The notes beneath the pieces were generated by a model. The model had not been told where the DNA came from, did not search any database, and saw only the letters and a list, made by a program, of their open reading frames with translations. A program made the position numbers and the translations under genes. This document shows positions 42,574 to 54,198 of a stretch of 59,931 bases of DNA, piece after piece (positions within the stretch are counted from its first letter, which is position 1; every line of letters starts with the position of its first letter). This DNA comes from Candidatus Pacearchaeota archaeon (lineage in GTDB: Archaea; Nanobdellota; Nanobdellia; Pacearchaeales; GW2011-AR1): contig JALUUW010000018.1 in the NCBI GenBank assembly GCA_027021195.1, positions 1 to 59,931 of the forward strand. Reading direction: 5' to 3'.

Positions 42574-45246
42574 ATGGGTAATAATGGGGGAAATTACCAT
42601 TCAAAAACAAAAGAGGAGATTTTTGATGAACTTAAAACTTCTGAGAAAGGGCTAACTAACAGGGATGCCGCTGAGAGAATAAGGAGATACGGGCCAAACA
42701 GAATAGTAAAAGAGAAAAGAGCCCCGGAAATAGTAAACTTTCTCAAGCAGCTTAAAAATCCTTTGGTGTATATTCTCTTTGTGGCAATAATTATTTCTTT
42801 TGTTTTTGGGCACCTGATAGATGCTTATGTGATTCTTTCTGTTGTTTTTATTAATGCTGCAGTAGGATTCATTCAAGAGAGAAAGGCTGAGAAGGCCATT
42901 GATGCCCTGAAGAAAATGGTTGTTTCTTATGCAAAAGTCCTGAGGGATGGGCAGGAGATTAAAATTCCTGCAGAAATGCTTGTTCCTGGAGACATTATCT
43001 TTTTGGAGCAGGGAGACAAAATTCCTGCAGATGCGAGGCTCATTGAAGTGAGCGACTTCAGGACACAGGAATCTTCTTTGACTGGAGAGTCTTTTCCTTC
43101 TGAGAAGAATCTTAAGGTTCTTCACGAGTCAACTCCTCTTGCAGACAGGTCAAATATGGTTTTTCATGGCACTTTTGTCGCATCAGGAGAGGCTAAGGCA
43201 GTTGTTGTTGCAACAGCAAAAAATACTGCAATAGGGCAGGTTGCAAAATCAATTCAGCAGATAGTCCAGCCAAAGATGCATTTTAATGAAAAGGTAAATC
43301 TGCTTGCGTTTCAGATGGCGATTTTCGCATCATTAGGAGCCTCTCTCATATTTATAGTGGGATATTTCCTTAACAAAATGGAATTTTTTGAAATATTCTT
43401 ATTCACAATTGCCTCATTAGTGTCTGGAATTCCAGAAGGCCTTCCAGCAGTGCTGATTGTTGTCTTAGCTGTAGGTGCGAGAAGAATGGCAAAGAGAAAT
43501 GCAGTGATCAGGCACCTTCCCGCAGTTGAGACTCTTGGAGTGGCAACAGTCATTGCAACGGACAAAACAGGAACCCTGACAAAAAACTCAATAACTGTTG
43601 AAAAGATAATCACTTTTAATGAGGAGATTGACGTAACTGGAAATGGATGGGAGCCTTTAGGGAGATTTTATAGAAAAGGAAAGCTGATTAATCCAAATAA
43701 AATTCCTTCTCTGAAGAAAGCCCTGATGATTTCCGCACTTTGCAACAAGGGAAACCTGATTAGGAAAAATGGAGAGTATGAGGTTGTTGGAGATCCTACA
43801 GAAGTTGCACTGCTTGTATTGTCAAAAAAAGCAGGAATACACAACAGGGAGATTCAGGAGAAGCTCCTTGAAGATTTTGCCTTTAGCTCTGATTTAAAGT
43901 TCAGGGCAAGTCTTGTACAGGGCAGCAAAAAGCAGCTTTATTCTGTCGGGGCATTTGAGACTATCTTTGAAAAGTCAAAGTATTTTTTGAAAGATGCTAA
44001 AAAGGCGAAGCTTGATGAAAAAGCAAAAAAGGAATTTTTGTCAAAAGCAGAAGGGCTTGCAAAAAAAGGGATGAGAGTTCTTGCTCTTTCATACAGGGAT
44101 TTGCCAAAGCATGTTAATTCTGTTTCTGCAGATCTTGTAAGCAATTTGGTTTTGGTTGGTCTTGTAGGCATGAAAGACCCTCCAAGACATGGAATAAAAA
44201 AAGCCATTGAGAAAGCGAAAAAGGCCGGGATAAGAGTGATTATGAAAACAGGAGACCATAAAGAGACAGCGCTTGCAATTGCAAAAGAAATAGGGCTGGC
44301 TAAGGGAAATGAAAGGGTTCTTACAGAATCAGAGCTTGAGAAAATGTCTTCTCTTGAGTTTAAGGAGGCTGTCAAAGAGGTGAATATCTTTGCAAGAGTA
44401 ACTCCAAAAATGAAGTCAAAGATAATAAAGTATCTGCAGGAACAAGGGGAAATTGTGGCAATGACAGGAGATGGAGTGAATGACGCTCCTGCACTGAAAA
44501 GGGCTGATATAGGAATATCTATGGGAATCATGGGGACAGATGTTGCGAGAGAATCATCTGAGATTGTCCTTGCCGATGATAATTTTTCTTCTATTGTAAA
44601 TGCTATAGAGGAAGGGAGAATTGTTTTCCAAAATATGAGGCAGACAAGTTTCTTCCTGATAACCACAAATGTTGCGGAAGCTGTTACAATTATCTCTTCT
44701 TTGGCAATGGGCTCTCCTCTTCCTATGATCCCTATACAACTGCTTTATCTGAATCTGGTAACAGACACATTCAATGGCGTTGCTTTGGCAATGGAGCCGG
44801 GGCATAATGATGTTTTAAGCCAGCCCCCAAGAGATAGGAAAGAGAAGATACTCAATCAAGAGGTTTTTCTTTTTCTTGTTTTTACTGCAGGGCTGATGGC
44901 TTTAGGGACAATCCCTTTGTTTAACTACTTTCTTCCATATGGAATTGAAAAGGCAAGAACCGCTGCATTTGTTTCAATGTCTATGTTCCAGCTTTTCAAT
45001 GTCCTGAACATGCGCTCTTTAAAAAAATCACTTTTCAAGATCGGATTTTTTTCAAATAAGTGGATAACTATTGGAATTGCCTCTTCGCTTTTAATGATGG
45101 TTGGCGTTATATACCTTCCGTTTACATCCGGAATTTTCCAGTTTGCAAGATTGAGCTTCTGGGAATTTGCAATGATTTGCGTTATAGCATCATCCATTTT
45201 AGTGGTTGGAGAGATATACAAGCTCGTGAGATACAAGGAACTTTAA
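42574..45246 (+). CDS. P-type ATPase, P2 (Ca2+/cation-transporting) type, second paralog
   Basis: ATDKTGTLT, PEGLPAV, TGDGVNDAPALK. Confidence 0.9.
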   Translation: MGNNGGNYHSKTKEEIFDELKTSEKGLTNRDAAERIRRYGPNRIVKEKRAPEIVNFLKQLKNPLVYILFVAIIISFVFGHLIDAYVILSVVFINAAVGFIQERKAEKAIDALKKMVVSYAKVLRDGQEIKIPAEMLVPGDIIFLEQGDKIPADARLIEVSDFRTQESSLTGESFPSEKNLKVLHESTPLADRSNMVFHGTFVASGEAKAVVVATAKNTAIGQVAKSIQQIVQPKMHFNEKVNLLAFQMAIFASLGASLIFIVGYFLNKMEFFEIFLFTIASLVSGIPEGLPAVLIVVLAVGARRMAKRNAVIRHLPAVETLGVATVIATDKTGTLTKNSITVEKIITFNEEIDVTGNGWEPLGRFYRKGKLINPNKIPSLKKALMISALCNKGNLIRKNGEYEVVGDPTEVALLVLSKKAGIHNREIQEKLLEDFAFSSDLKFRASLVQGSKKQLYSVGAFETIFEKSKYFLKDAKKAKLDEKAKKEFLSKAEGLAKKGMRVLALSYRDLPKHVNSVSADLVSNLVLVGLVGMKDPPRHGIKKAIEKAKKAGIRVIMKTGDHKETALAIAKEIGLAKGNERVLTESELEKMSSLEFKEAVKEVNIFARVTPKMKSKIIKYLQEQGEIVAMTGDGVNDAPALKRADIGISMGIMGTDVARESSEIVLADDNFSSIVNAIEEGRIVFQNMRQTSFFLITTNVAEAVTIISSLAMGSPLPMIPIQLLYLNLVTDTFNGVALAMEPGHNDVLSQPPRDRKEKILNQEVFLFLVFTAGLMALGTIPLFNYFLPYGIEKARTAAFVSMSMFQLFNVLNMRSLKKSLFKIGFFSNKWITIGIASSLLMMVGVIYLPFTSGIFQFARLSFWEFAMICVIASSILVVGEIYKLVRYKEL

Positions 45247-45725
45247 GAAAAAGTCTTTACCCTGTTGGCGTTTTCCCTTTTAGAGAGGGAACAATTCTCA
45301 CTTCACTAGATTCTCTGAGAGGTTTTCTTTTTTATGCCTTGATGTTATGGGGGATCTTGTTCCATTTTTCCTCTTTTTTATTTTTTGAGCGTGATGAATT
45401 TCTGAGATTATGGTGAAACAGAGATTTTGCTCAAGGCAGATATGTGTTTCTGCACTGCAAAACCTCTGTTTCTTAAGGGGTCAGATGGTGATTAAAGGTT
45501 TTTATGGAAGAGCATTTGTCTACTCCTCTTTTTTATACCTAATCCAGACAAAACTTCTTTATAAACCGTAAGAAGCAAAGATAAGTACCGGGAATATATA
45601 GAAGTCCTATGTTTTTTAAAGCATTGCTCCTAAGTTTTTTATAGTGCGGCTGAAAAAACAATTACCAAATTCAATATATATTCCCATATATAAAACCTTA
45701 AATAACCAAAAAAAATTGTAGTTTC

Positions 45726-46418
45726 ATGTATTTTCTAACATGGGTCATACAGAATAAGGAATTAGTTAAAGTTGTCTATGCATTAGCAATTGCAATTATT
45801 TGCGCATTTATTGTTATAAAAACAGACAGGCTCTTTAGAATAAGCATGTATAAAGGAATAAGATACTTTAGAAACGCTTTTCTGTTCTACGGCATAGCAA
45901 TAATAATAAGGTATATATTTGGAGCAATCTCTTCTTATAAATTCATAGATATAGGGAATGCAGCAATAAATTTCATGTTCGAATATTTCATGATTATGGG
46001 AGGGTTTTTTCTGCTTTACAGCCTTTTATGGGGAAAGATAGATGACTCTGAAGAAGAACCAGCAAGCTCTCTGTTCAATTCAAAAATCTCCCTATTTTAT
46101 GCAATGGCATTCATAATAGTTCTTTTGGATTACTTATGGAATTCCTATTACTTCCTTTTTTCATCACAGATTATCCTGTTCTTGATTATGTCAATCATAA
46201 GCTTCATGAATTATGTAAAAAAGGGTAAAAACAGCGGATTCCTGAAGCTTTATTTTATTGCAATGCTTTCAGGCTTTACTGCATGGATGCTTAATGCACT
46301 TGCATCTATCTGGCTGAGGTGGAATCAAGGAGTGTTAATAGTTGTTTATATCTTAAATGTGGCAATTTTTTTACTGTTTTTGTATGGAGTTATCAAGGCA
46401 ACAAAAAGAATAAAATAA
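45726..46418 (+). CDS. Multi-pass membrane protein (230 aa)
   Basis: About 7 TM helices. Followed 1 nt later by a wHTH gene. Confidence 0.5.
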   Translation: MYFLTWVIQNKELVKVVYALAIAIICAFIVIKTDRLFRISMYKGIRYFRNAFLFYGIAIIIRYIFGAISSYKFIDIGNAAINFMFEYFMIMGGFFLLYSLLWGKIDDSEEEPASSLFNSKISLFYAMAFIIVLLDYLWNSYYFLFSSQIILFLIMSIISFMNYVKKGKNSGFLKLYFIAMLSGFTAWMLNALASIWLRWNQGVLIVVYILNVAIFLLFLYGVIKATKRIK

Positions 46419-46419
46419 A

Positions 46420-46692
46420 ATGGCGAAGAAAAGGGAAAGGCTGGATGTGATTAGGGATATTCTGAGAGCTGTAAGAGACAATAAGCAGATAAAGCCTACA
46501 AGGCTTTTGTATGCATCCAATCTCTCTCCGCAGATGTTTAAGGATTACATAAATGAACTGATAAGCAAAGGATTCATCAAGCTGGAGGTTGATAAAAAAG
46601 AGAAAAAAGCATTTGTCCTGACGAAAAAAGGCCACGAGTTTCTTCAGGAATACAAAATTATAGAGGATTTTATTGAAAGTTTTGGGCTTTAA
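46420..46692 (+). CDS. Small winged-helix DNA-binding protein (90 aa)
   Basis: ILRAV...KPTRLLYASNLSPQMFKDYINELISKGFI pattern typical of archaeal wHTH proteins. Confidence 0.6.
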   Translation: MAKKRERLDVIRDILRAVRDNKQIKPTRLLYASNLSPQMFKDYINELISKGFIKLEVDKKEKKAFVLTKKGHEFLQEYKIIEDFIESFGL

Positions 46693-46871
46693 ATAAGCCT
46701 GTTGGCATTGCCTTTTTGAATATAGAATTGAATGCACTATTTCCTGCAGAATAAAATAAGCTTTAGTTTCGTTTATCTGGTTTGTGCATAAATATCTTAG
46801 AGTTCTTTTCTTTTTCCATAGCAATCTAGGGAATTAAGCATCTGATTTTCAATACAGAAAAAACAAATCAA

Positions 46872-46896
46872 CAAGCACCAGAAGAAACACACTTAA
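46872..46896. repeat. 23S processing-stem arm (3' flank of the 23S)
   Basis: AAGCACCAGAAGAAACACACTTAAT pairs with 49778-49803 as 8 bp + bulge + 14 bp. Confidence 0.7.
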
Positions 46897-46920
46897 TTTT
46901 TGAGAAGTCCGGAAAATCAA

Positions 46921-49748
<2,828 letters not shown>

Positions 49749-49777
49749 GTTTACGATTTTCTGAATCTTCTAAACAT

Positions 49778-49803
49778 ATTAAGTGGGATTTCTTCTGGTG
49801 CTT
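49778..49803. repeat. 23S processing-stem arm (5' flank of the 23S)
   Basis: ATTAAGTGGGATTTCTTCTGGTGCTT is the inverted partner of 46872-46896. Confidence 0.7.
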
Positions 49804-50004
49804 ATTTCATTGAACATGATGTTCTCAATATGATACAATAAGTTGCTTATTGCACCATCTCTAAATTGAGCATGATTTCTAATGTCAAGGGATTTCTCCT
49901 CTTTGCGGATGATTGAAACTTTGTTTATTGCGATTTTAAGCTTCTTTAAGTTTATTTGGCAAAATATTGTATAATCTCTCTTTTTTGAGAGTTTTTAAAG
50001 GTTT

Positions 50005-50220
50005 TTACCCATATTTTACTTTTATTTCCACCTTGCTTCTTGGATATGCCTGTTTGAATATTTTATCCAATTTGTCTGATAGTACAGGAATATATTCTCT
50101 TTTTCCATCACTGCTCCTTACATATATCCCATCCTCTCCATTTCTCTTTGTGACTTTTATTGCTTTTATTGTCATACCATCCACTATTATCTCTAATCTT
50201 CTTTTTCTGCTTATGACCAT
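50005..50220 (-). CDS. Hypothetical small basic protein (71 aa) inside the 16S-23S spacer
   Basis: ATG ORF with balanced, protein-like composition, on the same strand as the rRNAs. No motif recognised. Confidence 0.4.
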   Translation of the reverse strand: MVISRKRRLEIIVDGMTIKAIKVTKRNGEDGIYVRSSDGKREYIPVLSDKLDKIFKQAYPRSKVEIKVKYG

Positions 50221-50246
50221 CTTCTGTTTCCATTTTGATTTATTTT

Positions 50247-50453
50247 TTATTGGTAATTATTATATTTATTTCCATTATTGTCTTCACTGGAAGTTAAAGC
50301 AAGGGCAGCTCCTGATAAAAAGGATATTCCTGCCCCAATATAAGGAAAGTAATTATTTTTTTCCATTATGCTTTCCATTATTTCACCGATTCCAATGCAG
50401 GCAAACCCTATTATCACTCCTGTAAGTGTAATCTTTTCAAGTGTTGTCGGCAT
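50247..50453 (-). CDS. Hypothetical 2-TM membrane protein (68 aa) inside the 16S-23S spacer
   Basis: Two Gly/Ala/Ile-rich helices. Starts 35 nt downstream of tRNA-Ala and ends 26 nt before the next ORF. Confidence 0.4.
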   Translation of the reverse strand: MPTTLEKITLTGVIIGFACIGIGEIMESIMEKNNYFPYIGAGISFLSGAALALTSSEDNNGNKYNNYQ

Positions 50454-50487
50454 TTTCCAATAAGGTTTTATGGATCCTTTATAGATA

Positions 50488-50611
50488 TGGACCCGCCGCG
50501 AATCGAACGCGGATCTCTTCCGTTCTTGACACGCACCCTTTTTGGAGGTGCGGAACCTTTCTAAGGCTCTGCGTGCAAGGGAAGTATCTTAAGCCATTGG
50601 ACAACGGGCCC
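50488..50611 (-). tRNA. tRNA-Ala (anticodon UGC) with a ~51-nt intron, in the 16S-23S spacer
   Basis: Acceptor GGGCCCG/CGGGTCC with the G3-U70 identity pair, anticodon stem CTTCC/GGAAG with loop CTTGCA-intron, T arm CCGCG-TTCGATT-CGCGG, discriminator A. Confidence 0.8.
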
Positions 50612-50799
50612 TTATGCAGTTGTTTTTCAAAGAGATGTTAAACTTCTCCCTTTTTATCCTCTGTAAATTGAAGATATTTATTTAACCCGTTCCGGCTTTT
50701 TAAATTTTTTCTGTTAATCTTCAATATGTTGCTTGTTAATTTAAGCTGATGTAATATAAGTTTGCTGATTAACAGCAATCTGTTATGCAACTAAAAAGC

Positions 50800-50811
50800 A
50801 TGCAGAAGCAA
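50800..50811. repeat. 16S processing-stem arm (3' flank)
   Basis: ATGCAGAAGCAA is the inverted partner of TTGCTTCTGCAT at 52431-52442. Imperfect pairing extends outward on both sides. Confidence 0.65.
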
Positions 50812-50844
50812 CCTCGCTGATCATCATTCTAATTATAATTTTAT

Positions 50845-52296
50845 AGGAGGTAATCCAACTGCAGGTTCCCCTACAGTTACCTTGTGACGACTTAACCTAC
50901 CTTGTCTAGCCAAGGTTCTCCCCCGAAGGGTTTCACCATAACTAAACTCGGTTGGTTTGACGGGCAGTGTGTGCAAGAGACAGTGACGTATTCACCGTTC
51001 GCTGATGACAAACGATTACTACGGATTCCAGCGTCACGAGGCTGAGTTGCAAACCTCGATCTGGACTGAGATGGACTTTAAGAGATTAGCTTCTCCTTTC
51101 AGAGTCGCGTCCCGTTGTATCCACCATTGACGCGCGCGTGTTGCCCAGGGGATTCGGGCTGTACTCACCTAACGTAGCCCACGCTTTCATCCCTGTTACC
51201 AGGGCAATCTGCATATAGTACGCGTAGTAAATATGCATGTGGGTCTTGCCTGTTACCTGATTTAACAGGTCACCTCACGGCACAGGCTGACGTCGGCCAT
51301 GCAACTCCTCTCAGCGTGTCAGGTAAGCCCTTCAGACTGACCTTCATTCTGCTGTCGCTCCTGGTGAGGTTCACGGTGTAGAATCTAATTGAACCGCACG
51401 CGTCACCCGTTGTAGTGTCTCCCCGCCAATTCCTTTAAGTTTCGGCCTTGCGACTATACTTCCCAGGTAGCACACTCTTCGGCTTCCCTTCAGCACTAAT
51501 ACCTCTCGAGGAGGCACTAATGTTTAGTGTGCAGTGTTTACTGCCAGGACTACACGGGTATCTAATCCGTTTTGCGCCCCTGGCCTTCATCCCTTACTGT
51601 CAGAACTGTCCTCGTAGGATGCCTTCGCTATTGTGAGTCCGTCCAAGATTAAAACATTTTACCGTTACTTTGAACGTACTTCCTACGCCTTCCAGTCTCT
51701 AGCTTTGCAGTACCTCTTGCTCGCCCGACACTTGAGATGCCAGATTTCACAAGAGACTTACAAAGCAAGCTACGGATGTTTTAGACCCAATAAAGATGGC
51801 TGCGACTTGGACCGCTAGTATTACCGCGGCGGCTGGCACTAGTCTTACCCGGTCCTTATTCGCCAAACTTTTTACATTTGGCAAAAGTCCTTCAATTGAA
51901 GGACACTCTGGCTCAATCTGTCACGCTTTCGCGCATTGCAGAATATTCCTAACTGCTGCACCCCGTAGGGCTGGGAATAGTGTCTCAGATTCCCTCTCAG
52001 GGCCTCTCCGCTAAGAGCCCTTACGGATCACAGGCTTGGTAGTCCATTACACCACCAACAACCTAATCCGCCGCAGCCCCATCCTTAGGCGCGAGTTTCA
52101 GAGATAAATCTTTCCAGGGTATATCTCCTATCAGGCATTAGCCTCAGTTTCCCGAGGTTATTCCTGACCTAAGGGTAGGTTAGCTACGTGTTACTGAGCA
52201 GTTCGCCTTCCCCCAATTCCGAAGAACTAAGGAAAAAACTTGCATGTCTAAGCGCAAACCAGATAGCCGCAGCCGCCAGCAGGATCAACTGGATTT
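50845..52296 (-). rRNA. rrs: 16S ribosomal RNA (ends +/- a few nt)
   Basis: The 5' end reads AATCCAGTTGATCCTGCTGGCGG and GTGCCAGCCGCCGCGGTAATAC is internal. The 3' end reads AAGTCGTCACAAGGTA...GAACCTGCAGTTGGATTACCTCCT. Confidence 0.9.
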
Positions 52297-52430
52297 AAAG
52301 AATTTTCATAGATTGTAAGTATCTTTCTCAGACACTCTCAATCTCAATTCCGCATTTTCCTCTATAAGATAAGGAAAACACTTCACACATCTCCTACTAT
52401 TGGCTTATTATTAGAACTACAACTAGATGA

Positions 52431-52442
52431 TTGCTTCTGCAT
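52431..52442. repeat. 16S processing-stem arm (5' flank)
   Basis: See 50800-50811. Confidence 0.65.
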
Positions 52443-52524
52443 ACATCATACTTTAATTTCAATAAAGATATGGTTTACTCTCATTAAAGTACTCATCTTA
52501 GTTAGAAATACAAAAAATGTCCCC

Positions 52525-52534
52525 TTTATAAATA
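52525..52534 (-). promoter_or_regulatory. Candidate rRNA operon TATA box (TTTATAAATA, nearly palindromic)
   Basis: It is the only strong TATA-like element upstream of the 16S leader/processing stem, about 230 nt from the mature 5' end. Confidence 0.35.
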
Positions 52535-52686
52535 TTTCTGTCAATAAAGAGCCATTATTTACTCTTTACCTTTGTGTAATAAATGATTTGAAACATATAA
52601 TCTTTTGCCAGTGTCTTTAGAGATTGAGTGCATTAGCCCTTTCTTTTCTCTATAAGCTTAAATATTATCAATTGCTTGTTCTAATT

Positions 52687-53064
52687 ATGCCAATCTTTGT
52701 CATTCATGAACATCATGCAACTCATTTGCATTGGGACTTAAGGCTTGAGATGCAGGGAGTTTTGAAATCATGGGCCTTGCCAAAAGAGCCTGCAAAATCT
52801 AAAAACATCAAACGCCTGGCAATTCAGACAGAAGACCATGATTTATCCTATAAAGATTTTGAAGGAACAATTCCTGAAGGAATGTATGGTGCAGGAAAAG
52901 TAAAGATTTGGGATAAAGGAACATACATTTTAGATAGCAAAAAATCTGAAAAAATCGTCTTTCATCTTCATGGGAAAAAACTGAAAGGAAAATATGTCTT
53001 GCTGAAAACAAAATTTGGAAAAGAAAGAAATAAATGGAAATATTGGCTGTTTTTCAGGGCGTAA
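52687..53064 (+). CDS. Stand-alone LigD-type 3'-phosphoesterase domain protein (125 aa from the first ATG)
   Basis: FVIHEHHATHLHWDLRLE..GVLKSWALPKEP...EDHDLSYKDFEGTIPEGMYGAGKV closely follows the LigD PE domain pattern. Confidence 0.7.
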   Translation: MPIFVIHEHHATHLHWDLRLEMQGVLKSWALPKEPAKSKNIKRLAIQTEDHDLSYKDFEGTIPEGMYGAGKVKIWDKGTYILDSKKSEKIVFHLHGKKLKGKYVLLKTKFGKERNKWKYWLFFRA

Positions 53065-53082
53065 TTTTTTCACTTTCCTTTT

Positions 53083-53985
53083 TTATTCCCCAATCTCTCC
53101 TGTCCACCATTCAAGGTCAGGAATATTTTCTGTTGGAAGCCCTCTTGCCCTGCAGTATCCTCTTGCCAGAAGATAAAAAATAACTCCAAGACTCTTTGCG
53201 CTTTTATTGTTCCCAATTATAACTTGGTCAGCTCCTTTAGAGAAATTGTTTGTGCAGCATATCATTAAAACTTTTTTATTTACTTTTAAAGTGTCATTTA
53301 ATGCATTTTTATCAAGCCATGCATCAGTTATTATTGTCAGCTCATTTTCAAAGAAATCCGGAAGTTTTGTGTTCGTAAGAATTCCTGCAGGATATTTTTT
53401 TGTGAATGTCCTTATTCCTGTGAGGCGTGAAAACATGTCAGCCACTCTCCATCCTGCCTCTCTTTTGCATACAAGGATAACATCTTCTGGCTTGAATTTT
53501 GACAGAAATTCTATTCCTTCTTTCAGCTTTTCATCAATCAGGTCTGTATTGAATATTGCCAGCCCGTCAGCTCTTCTTCTGTAAACAAAAGGCCTCATGT
53601 CAGGTGTTACTGCCCTTGTTCCAAGATATATTCCTGACTTAACATACTCTTCAAGAGGAATGAGCATGTCTGTTCTCTTTTTTATTTTGACTTCTTTTTT
53701 AAGCTCTTCAGTTGTTGGTTCAGCAGACACCTTCTCCTTAAGCTTTTTTGCTTTTTCTAAAAGCTCTTTCTTTTTCTTTTCCAGCTCTTCTGCTTTTTTT
53801 GCCTTTTCTTCTGCAGCTTTCATCAAATCTTTTTTAGGAACTTTTCCAAGCTCTTTTTCAGATTTCTGAACTTCTGCTTCTGCAGTCTTCTCTAACTTTT
53901 TTTCCTTTTTTTCTTTGGATTCTTTTTTTGAAGCAGCTTTTTTCTCTTTTTCTTCTTCAGAGCTTTTGCTTTTTTCTTTAGTCAT
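53083..53985 (-). CDS. rps2: Ribosomal protein uS2 with a ~105-aa Lys/Glu-rich N-terminal extension
   Basis: The core LIPLEEYVKSGIYLGTRAVTPDMRPFVYRRRADGL matches archaeal uS2. The extension frame is open, and a TATA-like box lies about 25 nt upstream of the ATG at 53985. Confidence 0.85.
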   Translation of the reverse strand: MTKEKSKSSEEEKEKKAASKKESKEKKEKKLEKTAEAEVQKSEKELGKVPKKDLMKAAEEKAKKAEELEKKKKELLEKAKKLKEKVSAEPTTEELKKEVKIKKRTDMLIPLEEYVKSGIYLGTRAVTPDMRPFVYRRRADGLAIFNTDLIDEKLKEGIEFLSKFKPEDVILVCKREAGWRVADMFSRLTGIRTFTKKYPAGILTNTKLPDFFENELTIITDAWLDKNALNDTLKVNKKVLMICCTNNFSKGADQVIIGNNKSAKSLGVIFYLLARGYCRARGLPTENIPDLEWWTGEIGE

Positions 53986-54198
53986 GAGAAATCAGAGAAA
54001 AATATGTTTAAAAAGGTTGCGTAGACTCTTGACTCTCATGCAATCTTATGACACTCTTTAAATAGAAATCTTGTCCATGGCATTTATGGAAAAAGAGGCA
54101 TTAGGCAGGGAGAAATATAAAGAGATAATCCTTGCAATATAGGAATTCACTGACTGTCTTGACGGAATAAGCAAACTGGAAAAAGAATTGTCAGATAA

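Noticed and set aside
43938-44666. Long antisense ORFs inside well-supported genes. Examples: 242 aa at 43938-44666, 177 aa at 22530-23063, 137 aa at 25088-25501, 157 aa at 42652-43125, 139 aa at 37441-37860, and 149 aa at 57634-58083.
   Set aside because: Each lies entirely within a gene on the other strand that has unambiguous family motifs. Their products are low-complexity (Ser/Phe/Ile-rich), typical of shadow frames in AT-rich DNA.
45391-45440. C/D box sRNA-like motif (GTGATGA ... CTGA) in the ATPase-downstream gap.
   Set aside because: CTGA follows the C box after only 4 nt. There is no C'/D pair at proper spacing and no terminal stem. A second weak candidate near 17376-17446 also lacks the internal boxes and terminal pairing.
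46693-46920. Search for a 5S rRNA gene downstream of the 23S, and also in the 49749-50004 spacer.
   Set aside because: Both stretches are AT-rich and show no 5S-like helices or conserved loops. 5S is presumably encoded elsewhere.
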